The notes under the pieces: model-generated
Databases searched by the model: none
Seen by the model: the letters and a program-made list of their open reading frames with translations, nothing else
What the model was told of the DNA's origin: nothing
Assembly: GCA_950097015.1 (NCBI GenBank)
Contig: CATNEN010000002.1
Span: forward strand, 6,386,001 to 6,450,000
Origin: Macrostomum hystrix
Taxonomy: Eukaryota > Animalia > Platyhelminthes
Direction of reading: 5' to 3'
DNA: 64,000 nt
Program-made: the position numbers and the translations under genes
Shown here: positions 11,873 to 22,671 of the stretch, in pieces
How positions within the stretch are numbered: position 1 is the stretch's first letter
Layout: each line of letters starts with the position of its first letter

Positions 11873-12621
11873 TCAGACCACACCCCTATCTAGCAGCTCC
11901 TGTACATCGTGGCAGAGGCAGGCCATGTGTGGCGCCAGCTCAGAGTCCGGGTCAAACAGGGCCCGCAGGAAGGCGGCCTCCGTGAACAGGTCGGCGCAGG
12001 CGCGGATGCTTGCCAGCGACTTCTCGCTGAGGTGCCGCCGGACCATCCTGAGCGCCAGGTCTTCGCAGTCGCGGAACTGGCGGGCGAGTTTAGCGACGTC
12101 CGGCTGACGACGACGCCGGTGCATCAGCACGAGGTCGGTGGCCAGGTCGTTGAATCTGTCGCGAAACTGGTCGGCGATAGTCTTCTCGCTGTCGGACAGA
12201 ATGTCGTGCGTGTACAGCACGGCCACCTTCATGTTCAGCTTCACAATGTGCTTCATGGTCTTCTGGGCGCGGCTGCGTGAATGGGTGTGGCGCTTCACCA
12301 TGCGGTAGATGGAGTCAAAGGCGCGAGCGGACGTGGCGTCGATGAAGATCTTCACCGCCTTCTGCGAGGCCAGCTTGCCAATGAGCTTCTTCTGGGCTCG
12401 AATGCTCACCGACTGGGCACTGAACTTCTCGGGCTGCTGTTGTTGCTGCTGCTGCTGAAGCTGCTGCTGCTGCTGCTGCTGCTGCTTTTTCTTCTTCTTC
12501 TGCTGCTGCTTGTCCAGTTTTCGGTCCGCCGCAGACGAAGCCGACGAAGATGCATCGCCGCCGACCGCTCCGGTCTCGGAGTCTGGAATCGGATAGAAGA
12601 CTTTCAGTGGAAGTTGGCTAT
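11873..12621 (-). CDS. TNFAIP8: TNFAIP8/TIPE family protein, main exon, with N-terminal low-complexity polyQ/polyK extension
   Basis: Translation FSAQSVSIRAQKKLIGKLAS...FIDATSARAFDSIYR...IVKLNMKVAVLY...RRHLSEKS...FLRALFDP...HMACLCHDVQELLDRGVV* aligns by eye to human TNFAIP8 (FNSKNLAVQAQKKILGKM...IDDTSSEVLDELYR...QRHLTAKS...FLAALYNP...HLQKLCDGINKMLDEENI). The frame stays open upstream to an acceptor TGTCACCAG| at 12622 (phase 1); an in-frame stop at 12656-12658 with no ATG in between requires an upstream exon. The symbol denotes the family, not an orthology call. Confidence 0.9.
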
Positions 12622-12624
12622 CTG

Positions 12625-12920
12625 GTGACAGGAGGTCATCGGCAGTGACAGGGGGTCATCAGCAGTGACAGGGGGTCATCAGCAGTGACAGGGGGTCATC
12701 AGCAGTGACAGGGGGTCATCGGCAGTGACAGGGGGTCATCAGCAGTGACAGGGGGTCATCAGCAGTGACTTGGGTTCATCAGCAGTGACAGTGGGTTATC
12801 AATAGTGACAGTGGGTTATCAATAGTGACAGTGGGTTATCAATAGTGACCGGGGTCATCAGCAGTGACAGGGGGTCATCAGCAGTGACAGGGAGTCATCA
12901 GCAGGTACAGAGATCATCAA
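12625..12920. repeat. 20-bp repeat (CAGCAGTGACAGGGGGTCAT)n abutting the TNFAIP8-like acceptor
   Basis: Read directly. Confidence 0.93.
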
Positions 12921-13464
12921 TAGTGTCTGGGTTATGAACAAAGTGACAGTAGCAATAGTTATTGCAGGAGCAGAATGCGAAGTTTAAGACTTTGAAAAGC
13001 CATTACAGCTTATAATAAAATGTGCTTATCATTGCTTCTAGAAAAGCCAGTGCAAAACTCTGCTGAAAAATTCCTAAACCTACTAAAGCTGTTCAAGTCG
13101 TGCTGACGCAATTAATGTCCTTCGAGTCGGAGGCAAAACGAGCTTAGTGACAGAGACAGGCAAGAAAAGTACGTATGGCCTAAAAGCAGCATGGATCAAC
13201 GCCTAAAAATAGAGAGAGCTACTTGAGCACTGCTCATAATCCGAAATGCGTGGGCTGGCACTGCCGCGGACGAATGTTTTAGAAGGTTAAAGAGGTCTAG
13301 TGTCCTACATAAATTTTTAATGTTATTTTCTAGGCGGCAAAGTGTCATGTTAATTGCGCACAGGTGGTTGGAAAATAATAATTGTGGACTAATTAAATCT
13401 TCTATTTTTGTAATTTAATTTCGAGTTGGCAAAATTTTTTCTGATTATTGGTGGAAAATCAAGA

Positions 13465-14315
13465 CAAGACACGGGTGAGCGGGGAAATAAGTGGTAGAAA
13501 GACACGGTGAGGGGGAGAATGGAGGGTAGAAAGACACGGGTGAGGTGGAGAATAAGGGGTAGAAAGGCACGGGTGAGGTGGAGAATAAGGGGTAGAAAGA
13601 CGCGGTGAGGGAGAGAATGAGTGGTAGAAAGACACGGTTGAGGGGGAGAATGATCGGTAGAAAGACACGGTTGAGGGGGAGAATGATCGGTAGAAAGACA
13701 CGGTGAGGGGGTTAGTGAGTGGTACAAAGACACGGTGAGGGGGAGAATGAGTGGTAGAAAGACACGGTCAGGGGGATAATGAGTGGTAGAAAGACACGGT
13801 GAGGGTGAGGGTGAGTGGTAGAAAGACACGGTGAGGGTGAGGGTGAGTGGTAGAAAGACACGGTGAGGGGGATAATGAGTGGTAGAAAGACACGGTGAGG
13901 GTGAGGGTGAGTGGTAGAAAGACACGGTGAGGGGGATAATGAGTGGTAGAAAGACACGGTGAGGGGGATAATGAGTGGTAGAAAGACACGGTGAGGGTGA
14001 GGGTGAGTGGTAGAAAGACACGGTGAGGGGGATAATGAGTGGTAGAAAGACACGGTGAGGGGGATAATGAGGGGTAGAAAGACACGGTGAGGGGGAGAAT
14101 GAGGGGTAGAAAGACACGGTGAGGGGGAGAATGAGGGGTAGAAAGACACGGGTGAGGGTGAGGGTGAGTGGTAGAAAGACACGGGTGAGGGGGAGAATGA
14201 GTGGTAGAAAGACACGGGTGAGGGTGAGGGTGAGTGGTTAGAAAGACACGGTGAGGGGGATAATGAGTGGTAGAAAGACACGGGTGAGGGTGAGGGTGAG
14301 GGGTAGAAAGACACG
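13465..14315. repeat. About 32-bp G-rich repeat (GTAGAAAGACACGGTGAGGGGGAGAATGAGTG)n
   Basis: Read directly; includes TGAGGG sub-repeats. Confidence 0.93.
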
Positions 14316-14789
14316 CTCGCCCATTTTCAATGGTGAGGGGGAGAATGGAGGGTGGTAATAAATTTAAACAGAAAGCATAAGGAGCGGACTGAAATGGCGG
14401 AAGGAAGAAATGGGAAGAGAAAAAATGGGTAAAAATTATTGAACGAAGTAAGCAAGCGATCGCAGCAAGCAAAGAAACGATTCGGGAATCATGGGAAGAA
14501 TGTGAATGAACTTCGCAGAGGATTGAACATCCGGCCAAAGGTCGGGGGTGGGTGCCAGTCCTGCAGGATGTCAGAATTCCCATCGGAGCAAAAATTATGC
14601 CCACATTCGCTTCCTGCCCGGATTCCGCATTGCTTGTCGACAGTCTTTGACTTTGATTTCAAGGAATCATTGCTTCGAGGAAGAAAATTTGAAGAATTAA
14701 AATTTACTTTCCTACTAGCTATCGTTTTTCTTTAACTTTAAAGAGTGACTCTAAATTTAGAATGATAAAATCGTGTGACTCTTGTTTTA

Positions 14790-15310
14790 GTCACTCTCAC
14801 AATAGTCACTCTCACAATCGTCACTCTCAAATCGTCACTCTCGTGTCACTCTCAAATCGTCACTCAAATGTCACTCTCAAATCGTCACTCTCAAATCATC
14901 ACTCTCAAATCGTCACTCTCAAATCGTCACTCTCGTGTCACTCTCAAATCGTCACTCTCGTGTCACTCTCAAATCGTCACTCTCGTGTCACTCTCAAATC
15001 GTCACTCTCGTGTCACTCTCAATCGTCACTCTCGTGTCACTCTCAAATCGTCACTCTCAAATCGTCACTCTCGTGTCACTCTCAAATCGTCACTCTCGTG
15101 TCACTCTCAAATCGTCACTCTCAAATCATCACTCTCAAATCGTCACTCTCAAATCGTCACTCTCGTGTCACTCTCAAATCGTCACTCTCGTGTCACTCTC
15201 AAATCGTCACTCTCGTGTCACTCTCAAATCGTCACTCTCAAATCGTCACTCTCGTGTCACTCTCAAATCGTCACTCTCGTGTCACTCTCAAATCGTCACT
15301 CTCACAAGCA
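14790..15310. repeat. 14/11-bp composite repeat (AAATCGTCACTCTC / GTGTCACTCTC)n
   Basis: Read directly. Confidence 0.94.
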
Positions 15311-15367
15311 ACCTAGTCACTACGATCTCGAACAGGTGTCAATCAATCAACAACGATTGCCACTCAC

Positions 15368-15392
15368 CTGACAGACTTCCCTGTTCTGACAT
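15368..15392 (-). CDS. Probable first coding segment of the TNFAIP8-like gene (MSEQGSLS-D)
   Basis: Strong minus-strand donor TCAG|GTGAGTG at 15367. The ATG at 15392 (GAG ATG T) leaves one phase-1 base that joins AT at 12621 to make Asp in frame, giving a predicted 257-aa protein. Confidence 0.5.
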
Positions 15393-15854
15393 CTCGCGCA
15401 GGGAGAGGCCCAGCTTGTCCAACCTGTTGAGTGTGAGGCGTTTGATCAACAACAAGCCCACAAGATAATCGATATCTTAGACTCTGATCAATTTAGGGCT
15501 TTTAAAAAATGGTAACTTTATCGACAAAAACTATAAACAAAAGTTAGACCACCGATAGCAACTCACGCAGTGCTCACTTGAGTCCTATCTATCTGTAGTT
15601 GCAGCTGTTTTTTATCTGCAACCAGGTTATGAAGGCCTTGACCAGCAGTGTAGACTCTGTGAGCACGTGTCCTGGCCAGTCAAATTCAATTCTGCAGACC
15701 TCTATCCCGCCTAACACCGGCGAGTGTGCGTACGTGCGCCCTCCCCACCCTCCTCTCTCTATCTTTCCAAGTCTTATCAGGCCGAAGCGAGCCGACAACC
15801 CCACCTCCTCCTAGACCAAACCCTTGGGCTGACCGTGTGAGTACGGGGTAATGA

Positions 15855-15950
15855 GGAGACATATAAATTGCCTTATCTTCTCCATCCTCATCTTCTCCAT
15901 CCTCATCTTCTCCACCCTCATCTTCTCCATCCTCATCTTCTCCACCCGAA
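15855..15950. repeat. 15-bp repeat (CCTCATCTTCTCCAT)n, about 6 copies
   Basis: Read directly. Confidence 0.85.
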
Positions 15951-16407
15951 ACTCTCTGAAGAACTGATCGAAATAAAATAATTATTATGGTTATAAATAA
16001 GTAATGATAACTTGCTGCTGCTGCTGCTGCCGCAACCGCCGACAAAACTCGGTCCAGGATCCGGCGAAGCGGACTCGATGCGGATCTGGGGAGGGGTGTT
16101 CTCCCCCAGCCTCTCCGCTCCATCCTTTGCCCGTCTCTCCGTACTCGAGTCTGGCCGAGTCTGCCCATTTTGCTCGATAAGCTCGGTCTGTGCGCACTCG
16201 AACAGTTTTGAGGCATCAGATAAGAGCCCAGCGGCATTCATTTCGCATCAGATTCCTGGAGGAAGCCAAATAATTTGCCTACCTGGGACGGATTTCATTT
16301 TCTCAATTAGGAAATATAATGGGAGCCATTATAGAGCCAAGATAAACTAGCTTCTACTAATTAGATGCCAACTTACTGAAAATCGAGACCCAGAGATTGA
16401 AAAGCTA

Positions 16408-17205
16408 GATTGAGAGTGTGAGATTGAGAGTGTGAGATTGAGAGTGTGAGATTGAGAGTGTGAGATTGAGAGTGTGAGATTGAGAGTGTGAGATTGAGAG
16501 TGTGAGATTGAGAGTGTGAGATTGAGAGTGTGAGATTGAGAGTGTGAGATTGAGAGTGTGAGATTGAGAGTGTGAGATTGAGAGTGTGAGATTGAGAGTG
16601 TGAGATTGAGAGTGTGAGATTGAGAGTGTGAGATTGAGAGTGTGAGATTGAGAGTGTGAGATTGAGAGTGTGAGATTGAGAGTGTGAGATTGAGAGTGTG
16701 AGATTGAGAGTGTGAGATTGAGAGTGTGAGATTGAGAGTGTGAGATTGAGAGTGTGAGATTGAGAGTGTGAGATTGAGAGTGTGAGATTGAGAGTGTGAG
16801 ATTGAGAGTGTGAGATTAAGAGGCTGAGATTGAGGGTGTGAGATTGAGAGGCTGAGATTGAGAGTGTGAGATTGAGAGGCTGAGATTGAGAGTGAGAGAG
16901 TGTGAGGCTGAGATTGAGAGTGTGAGATTGAGAGGCTGAGATTGAGAGTGTGAGATTGAGAGGCTGAGATTGAGAGTGTGAGATTGACTGGGTGAGATTG
17001 AGAGTGTGAGATTGACAGGGTGAGATTGAGAGTGGGAGATTGACAGGGTGAGATTGAGAGTGTGAGATTGAGAGGCTGAGATTGAGAGTGTGAGATTGAG
17101 AGGCTGAGATTGAGAGTGTGAATTTGATAGGCTGAGATTGAGAGTGTGAGATTGAGAGGCTGAGATTGAGAGTGTAAGTTTGACTAGGTGAGATTGAGGG
17201 TGTGA
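16408..17205. repeat. 14-bp minisatellite (GAGAGTGTGAGATT)n
   Basis: Read directly; homogeneous on the left, degenerate on the right. Confidence 0.96.
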
Positions 17206-18280
17206 GACCTTCAGTGCAAGTCTTAGAGCTTGAGATGAAGAATATTCGTTGTAGTGATTGGGGTGGTGAAAACTGGATCATCTAAGGAGAATAAGATATG
17301 AAGAGGAGAATGGAGCTGATTACATTGTACGAGTAATCCGTAATAAGGTAAGTCAAGCTGACATGGACTACTTTCAGTAGCAAAGCAAAGCATGGAGTAC
17401 AGAATAGAAAATGCTTCAAGCCCCCAGTCCGACCAGATGTGCAGTCAGTGCCGCTGTTGTGAGATTCTAATTCTAAGAATCTATTTTAAGTTTCTTAGAA
17501 ACGATAAGAATTGACACTTTAATGGCTTGGCTATCACACGCCGTCCTTTGCAGTGTAGAGCCGCTGATGAATTCTAAATTGTCTATGGTAAAAATATTAA
17601 TGATATACTACATAAGGGTTTTGCTGAGCCTATGGCTAACACCCGTGAGCAGTCTGCTTCGAGACGGACTGCTCACTGCAAAACAAGAGAAAAAAATCGA
17701 CCACATTCAGTTGCCTCTGAATTGTGTCTAAATGTCTGTCGTATAGACTCGCTAATATATAAAACAGTATATTTAAAATTTAACATACCTTATTTCTACT
17801 ACTTTTTTATATTAAAATAGAACGAGACATGCTTACATTATAACAGTGTGTGAAAACATACTAAAATTACCAAACAATAGGTAACCATTTTATAAAATCT
17901 TAACCTCTCAAAAGCAGTAAAAGAGCAACTCTGCTTGGCTACTGTTGCCTAATATTGTTGTACTCAAATACGTCATTAAAATTATTGCAAGGGTTCAGAA
18001 CACAGATAGCGCAGAAAGTCGCATTGAGAGAACTCTGCGAGTCTGATTTCATGTGACAGTTCAATCTGCAGGTACAAATATTTCAGATAGAGATTCTGTA
18101 CAATGGACAATAAGCTTTACAGCAGACAGGCAATCATAATTCGACTTAGGCTGGGCTGCCCTAGGTAACTTGTGGGAGGTGCCGGGTTCGCATCCCAGTT
18201 TGATTTCAGTTTTTTATTTGAAGCACAGATAAGCACATTAGGGAGAGGTAGTCACGGGCCAGGGATAAAAGTACATAAGA

Positions 18281-18669
18281 CTAGCAAATCCGCTGCTGGC
18301 CGTGAAAGGAGTTTTGCCTCTGCTGCTGCTGCTGCTGCTGCTGCTGTCTCGTCTGCCTGCTCAAAGTGCCCACGCCGCTGTTATATTCAATGACTCCGTG
18401 GGGAGGCACCGGCGGTGGCAGGAAGCTCTGCTGCTGCTGCTGCTGCTGAGTACTGTCCGAATCTCCCCCGGGAAATGAGGAATTCTCCTCCTCTGGGATT
18501 CCGGCACAATGGCATCCCGCAGAAGCAGCCGATGACGAGGAGCCAACTGAGAGTCCGCCGCCGCCGCCACTGGCGCCGAGGGCAAAGTTTGGGGACGGCA
18601 GTAGGTGGTGGTGCTGATGCAGGTGGTGGTGCAGCTGGCTACCTGATCGATGACCTCCGAGCAGGTGAT
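18281..18669 (-). CDS. Protocadherin final coding exon (His/Gly/Gln-rich low-complexity tail)
   Basis: Acceptor ATCCTCCGCAG| (phase 1). Stop-free frame HLLGGHRSGSQLHHHLHQHHH...Q7-SFLPPPVPPHG...Q9-RQNSFHGQQRIC* (TAG 18283-18281). It is absent from the ORF track because it has no early start codon. A minus-strand AATAAA lies at 18218-18213. Confidence 0.75.
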
Positions 18670-18841
18670 CTGCGGAGGATTTTCCGCACTGCTTTTTATG
18701 CGTTTAAGTCGCGAGTTTTGGATCTATGGAAAATATTTAGCAGCCAAGAAACTCGACTGGCTACTTATATTTCCACCGTGAGTAGCACAGTTCGCGCATG
18801 ACGAATAAAACAGAATTAAAATATTGCACTATTTCACTCAC

Positions 18842-18917
18842 TGCCGTGACCGTCCTCGCTGCCGCCGCGACCAGAATCAGCGCTGTCACCGTCCAGATCC
18901 TGCTGGTTGATCACCAC
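18842..18917 (-). CDS. Protocadherin coding exon 4 (76 nt) with CM1-like motif
   Basis: Acceptor GACTCGCCAG|, then VVINQQDLDGDSADSGRGGSEDGHG, then donor GCA|GTGAGT (phase 1). DSGRGGSE resembles the delta-protocadherin CM1 motif (e.g. DSGRGDSE). Confidence 0.8.
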
Positions 18918-19823
18918 CTGGCGAGTCAGCGAAAATTAAGAAAAACTTTTAGAGAATAGGACATTTTCACGGAGTTTGAATAATGCTTAGTGACAGTGAA
19001 GTTATTTTGCTTGGGAAAAATAGAATTCTTGCTGTCCTGATTCCAAGTAGACAGGCAGCGGCATTGGCTAAGACTATCATCTTTCGCTTTCCATTCCATT
19101 GGCGAGAAGGTACGCCTAGGCCCACAATGAACCGTCTACAGGCCCCGCCGCAATAATAGTATGCAGGAAATTTCCTACAATCTTCACCGCGATGAGGCAA
19201 TGCCACCCAAGGATAACAAACAGTCCAGGAAACTAGACAGAAGCTGGGCGTATTTTGCCGGAGCCGAGAAATGTCCCCCACGTTTTCGGTGATCAGCTGG
19301 CCTTGATGATCTTGCAGTCAGAACAGAATCCTTCATCTCCTCTGCAGCATCAGCGCCGAAGGGCAGGCCTTCAATAAATCAGAAGGATCTGCCGGCACAT
19401 TGTGCAGCCTTTCCACCCAGCCGCTTGCAGACGGGCCCATAGCAACACCTCAGAAAGGTGTGGCTCGCACCGCTTAATTAAAGTCATAAATAATTAGCGT
19501 CAAGCCACAGTAACAGCACCTGGGCATCCACCTTTTGATGATAAGACCACCTACCAAATCATAAACTCAGCTGGCACTAAACCTGCAATATCCTGAAGTG
19601 ACCTCTTAATAAAGCTCTTACTTTAGCAATATAATCTGTCCATTATTTGTCTGCAGTGCCCAATGTCCCGCTGCCGCTGCTGAGGAAAATGTGCGATTTT
19701 CTTAGAAAAAGCACCAAAATAAGACGGATTATCGCAGGTTAATCCATAGGCGCATCTCCTGTTACTAATGTATTGAGTACAGGAGCCACTGATTCGCCAC
19801 GATACTCCACACAGGCAACTGAC

Positions 19824-19953
19824 CTCATTCCTCAGCTGCTGGTCCATCAAGGGCGCCATCGGTGCCATGGGTGGCGGTATCGGTGGCCGCAGGTCATAGA
19901 CGCTGCCATTGTGGCTGAAAGTGGTCATGGCGTAGTGCTGCTGGTGTTTTTGG

Positions 19954-19992
<39 letters not shown>

Positions 19993-20912
19993 CTGTGCGC
20001 GAAACCCACGGTGCCAAACTTTCCCATACCCCCGCCGCACAGGTGGCCGTACATGTGGTCTGGGGACATCTGACCGACGATGTCAACGTCAGGCAGCGAG
20101 CACTGGCACTGGCAGGCCTCCTTATCGCATTCCTCCGCTAAGAAGCCGCCTCGTTCATCGGCCAAGTCGCCGAGGCCGCCGGCGTCGATGCCGCCGCGGC
20201 CGCCGATACCCGAGTCGCTGGAGCCGCTTCGGCGTCGGACGCAGACGATGGCGAAGACCAGGCCGACGCTGATGACAGCGGTGGCGATCACCATGGCAAC
20301 GATGATGCTGAGGTTCAGCTGGGCGTCCTTGAGGTGACCAGCCGCTCGGCTAGGCGGAATGACGTTCACGATCAGCAGGGTGTGGACCGCGTGGTTGTAC
20401 TGCACGTTGTCGTCGGCTCGAATGGAGAGCTCGTGCATGCCGGGCACCAGAGCGCGCAGCGCCCGCACCTGGCCAGTGAGCCTGTCCACGGAGAAGTACT
20501 CGGAGCCGCCCACCAGACTGTAGGTGATGTTGCTCACTTTGTCACGATCGCGAGCCTCCACGGAGGTGACAGGCTCGCTCAGGCTGTGCGCCGATGAGAT
20601 GTTCACGAAGTGACCCCGCTCGGGCGGGAAGAACCACTCCGGCGGGTTGTCGTTCACGTCGATGAGCTCGACGGTGATTTTGGCGGTTGAGTTGAGCTGC
20701 GGTCGGGCCAGCTTGTTCCACGCCAGCACCGTCAGGCTGTACAACTCGAAGGTTTCGCGGTCCAGTTTCCGGGTGCTCCTGATGGCGCCGCTCTCCGTGA
20801 CATTCAAGTGCCATTGTTCGGGCCTGTCAAAGACCACGGGAGCAGCCGATGGTTCCTGGGTAGGCTTGGCCTCCATCTTCAGCAGCCGGTAGAACACTTT
20901 GGCGTTGTCTCC
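19824..20912 (-). CDS. Protocadherin coding exon 3: rest of EC6, EC7, transmembrane helix, proximal tail with polyQ
   Basis: Acceptor CTGCAG| restores DADQ|GDNAKVFY; LDRE and DVNDNPP motifs; TM LNLSIIVAMVIATAVISVGLVFAIVCV followed by RRR. Donor GAG|GTCAGT at 19823 (phase 0). Confidence 0.92.
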
Positions 20913-21362
20913 CTGCAGTTTTGGTAGGACAAATAATTTCTCTTTGTGTCTGGTAGCATTAGAGGAAAAGTGGCTTTTATGGAATTTGAGATCTACAGGA
21001 GACCCAGTCCGTATATTCCGTAAAAACATTTCTGTTCAAGAAAAGAGGAAAGACTCCAGAGGTATCAGTGACATGCACTTTTGATGAATCAATGCAAAAC
21101 CTGACTTGGACAATGCGAGCTCACTGAATTTTTACTGAATAGGCAGCGCAAAGATAGTAATAATGACGAAGGAATTTGATTCGATTCATTTGACCGCTAT
21201 GAAAGCAGGCTGTCCAGCTCAGGTGAATGACGGCAGTCCAGGCACTGGGCTTGGGACAAAGCACGTATTCAAATCCCGTGATCTAACTAGGTTCCTAGTT
21301 TAGTTTGGTTCATTGACAAAAAAGACAGGAAGCATTACAGGGATTCCAGAGCAGACGGCTAC

Positions 21363-22574
21363 CTGGTCAGCATCCACGCTGGCAAGCTTCAAAGCCTCTC
21401 CAGGTGAGCCTACGGCCTCCGTTCCGATATTGGCGTCCTCTCGCAGCCTGAAGACCAGTGGTGGCAGCACCTCCGGTCGGTTGTCGTTGACATCGATAAC
21501 GCTGACCGTCAGGCTGACGCTCGCCGAGTGTCGAACGCCGCCGGTGTCGTCCGTGTCGAAAAGTCGAACGCCGAATTTCAGTAGTCCGCCAGCGGACTCG
21601 GGCATGACGTCCCGATCGATCGGCCTTCGAATGCGCAGCTCAGCTCGGGCCTCGGTCAGTCCGAGACTCTCCGAGTACATTGAGGTCGTGTCGGCCACCT
21701 CGAAGAAGGCCGCATCCGGACTGTCGTCGAGACTAAACGTCATGGCGTCGTCGCGGTCTCGATCGGTGGCGTAGAGACGTAGCACCGAGCGACCAAGGTT
21801 GTCGGGTGGGCTGGAGTCGCCGCGAGTCTCCTCCACGGAGGTCAGCGTCGGCATCGAGTCGGCAAACTGCGGACTGAACTCGTTGACGTTGCGGAATCGA
21901 ATGAGCACTCGCTTCGAGGAGTTCCTTGGCGGCCGACCAAAGTCGTGACAGTTGATGCGCACGGACTCGGTCGGCGAGTGCTCGTAGTCGAAGGCGGCCC
22001 TGAGGTGCAGCATGTACTGGCCCTTGCCGATGCCGTTCAGCATGAAGTTCCTCCTGTCGTCCTCACTGGCCAGCTGGCACTCGACGCGAGCATTGTCGCC
22101 CAGGTCGTCATCTTTGGCCTCGATGAGGGCTAGTATGGCGGAGGGCGTGTTCTCCAGCACGGCTATTTCCTTCCACTGCTGCGGCTGCTGCGGCTGCTGG
22201 CCGGCCTCCGATGAAGACATCGGCGAGACCTCGATGCTCGGTGCGTGATCGTTGACGTCAGCCACCTGCAGGCTGAACTTGGTTGGAGTTTGGCGCCGCG
22301 GGCTGCCGTTGTCCGACACCATCACGGGAACTTCGTAGGTCAGCTGCTTCTTGGCGTTCAACGGCCGCTTCAGCGTCACACGGCCGGATCTGTCGATGTC
22401 GAATACTCTAGCCAGCTGCGGGTCGCTGATGCTGAACTCCAGTTCGGCGTTCCGGCCGCTGTCGCGGTCGTGGGCCTCGATGGTGGCCACCAAGCCGCCG
22501 ATGGCCAAGTTCTCAGACACCTCGGCGACCGTGATGCGGGTCACGTTCGGCGAGTTGTCGTTCCGATCTTTCAC
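21363..22574 (-). CDS. Protocadherin coding exon 2: end of EC2 through start of EC6
   Basis: Acceptor CTCCAG| gives IVQ|VKDRNDNSP; contains DRDSGRNA, DVNDHAP, DDDLGDNA, DYE, NVNEFSP and DVNDNRP. Donor CAG|GTAGCC at 21362 (phase 0). Confidence 0.95.
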
Positions 22575-22671
22575 CTGGAGTTGGTGACAGTTGAGATTAG
22601 TTCAGACTGCTTAACAAGCTAAGAAAACTTTTGACAGACACATCTCTCAAAGAAAGAAGGCTCATTCTCAC

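Noticed and set aside
19623-19823. Alternative protocadherin C-terminus by read-through of the exon 3 donor (and the similar extension at 21300-21362)
   Set aside because: Composition turns AT-rich and intron-like, and spliced joins restore conserved motifs; intron retention cannot be shown from sequence alone.
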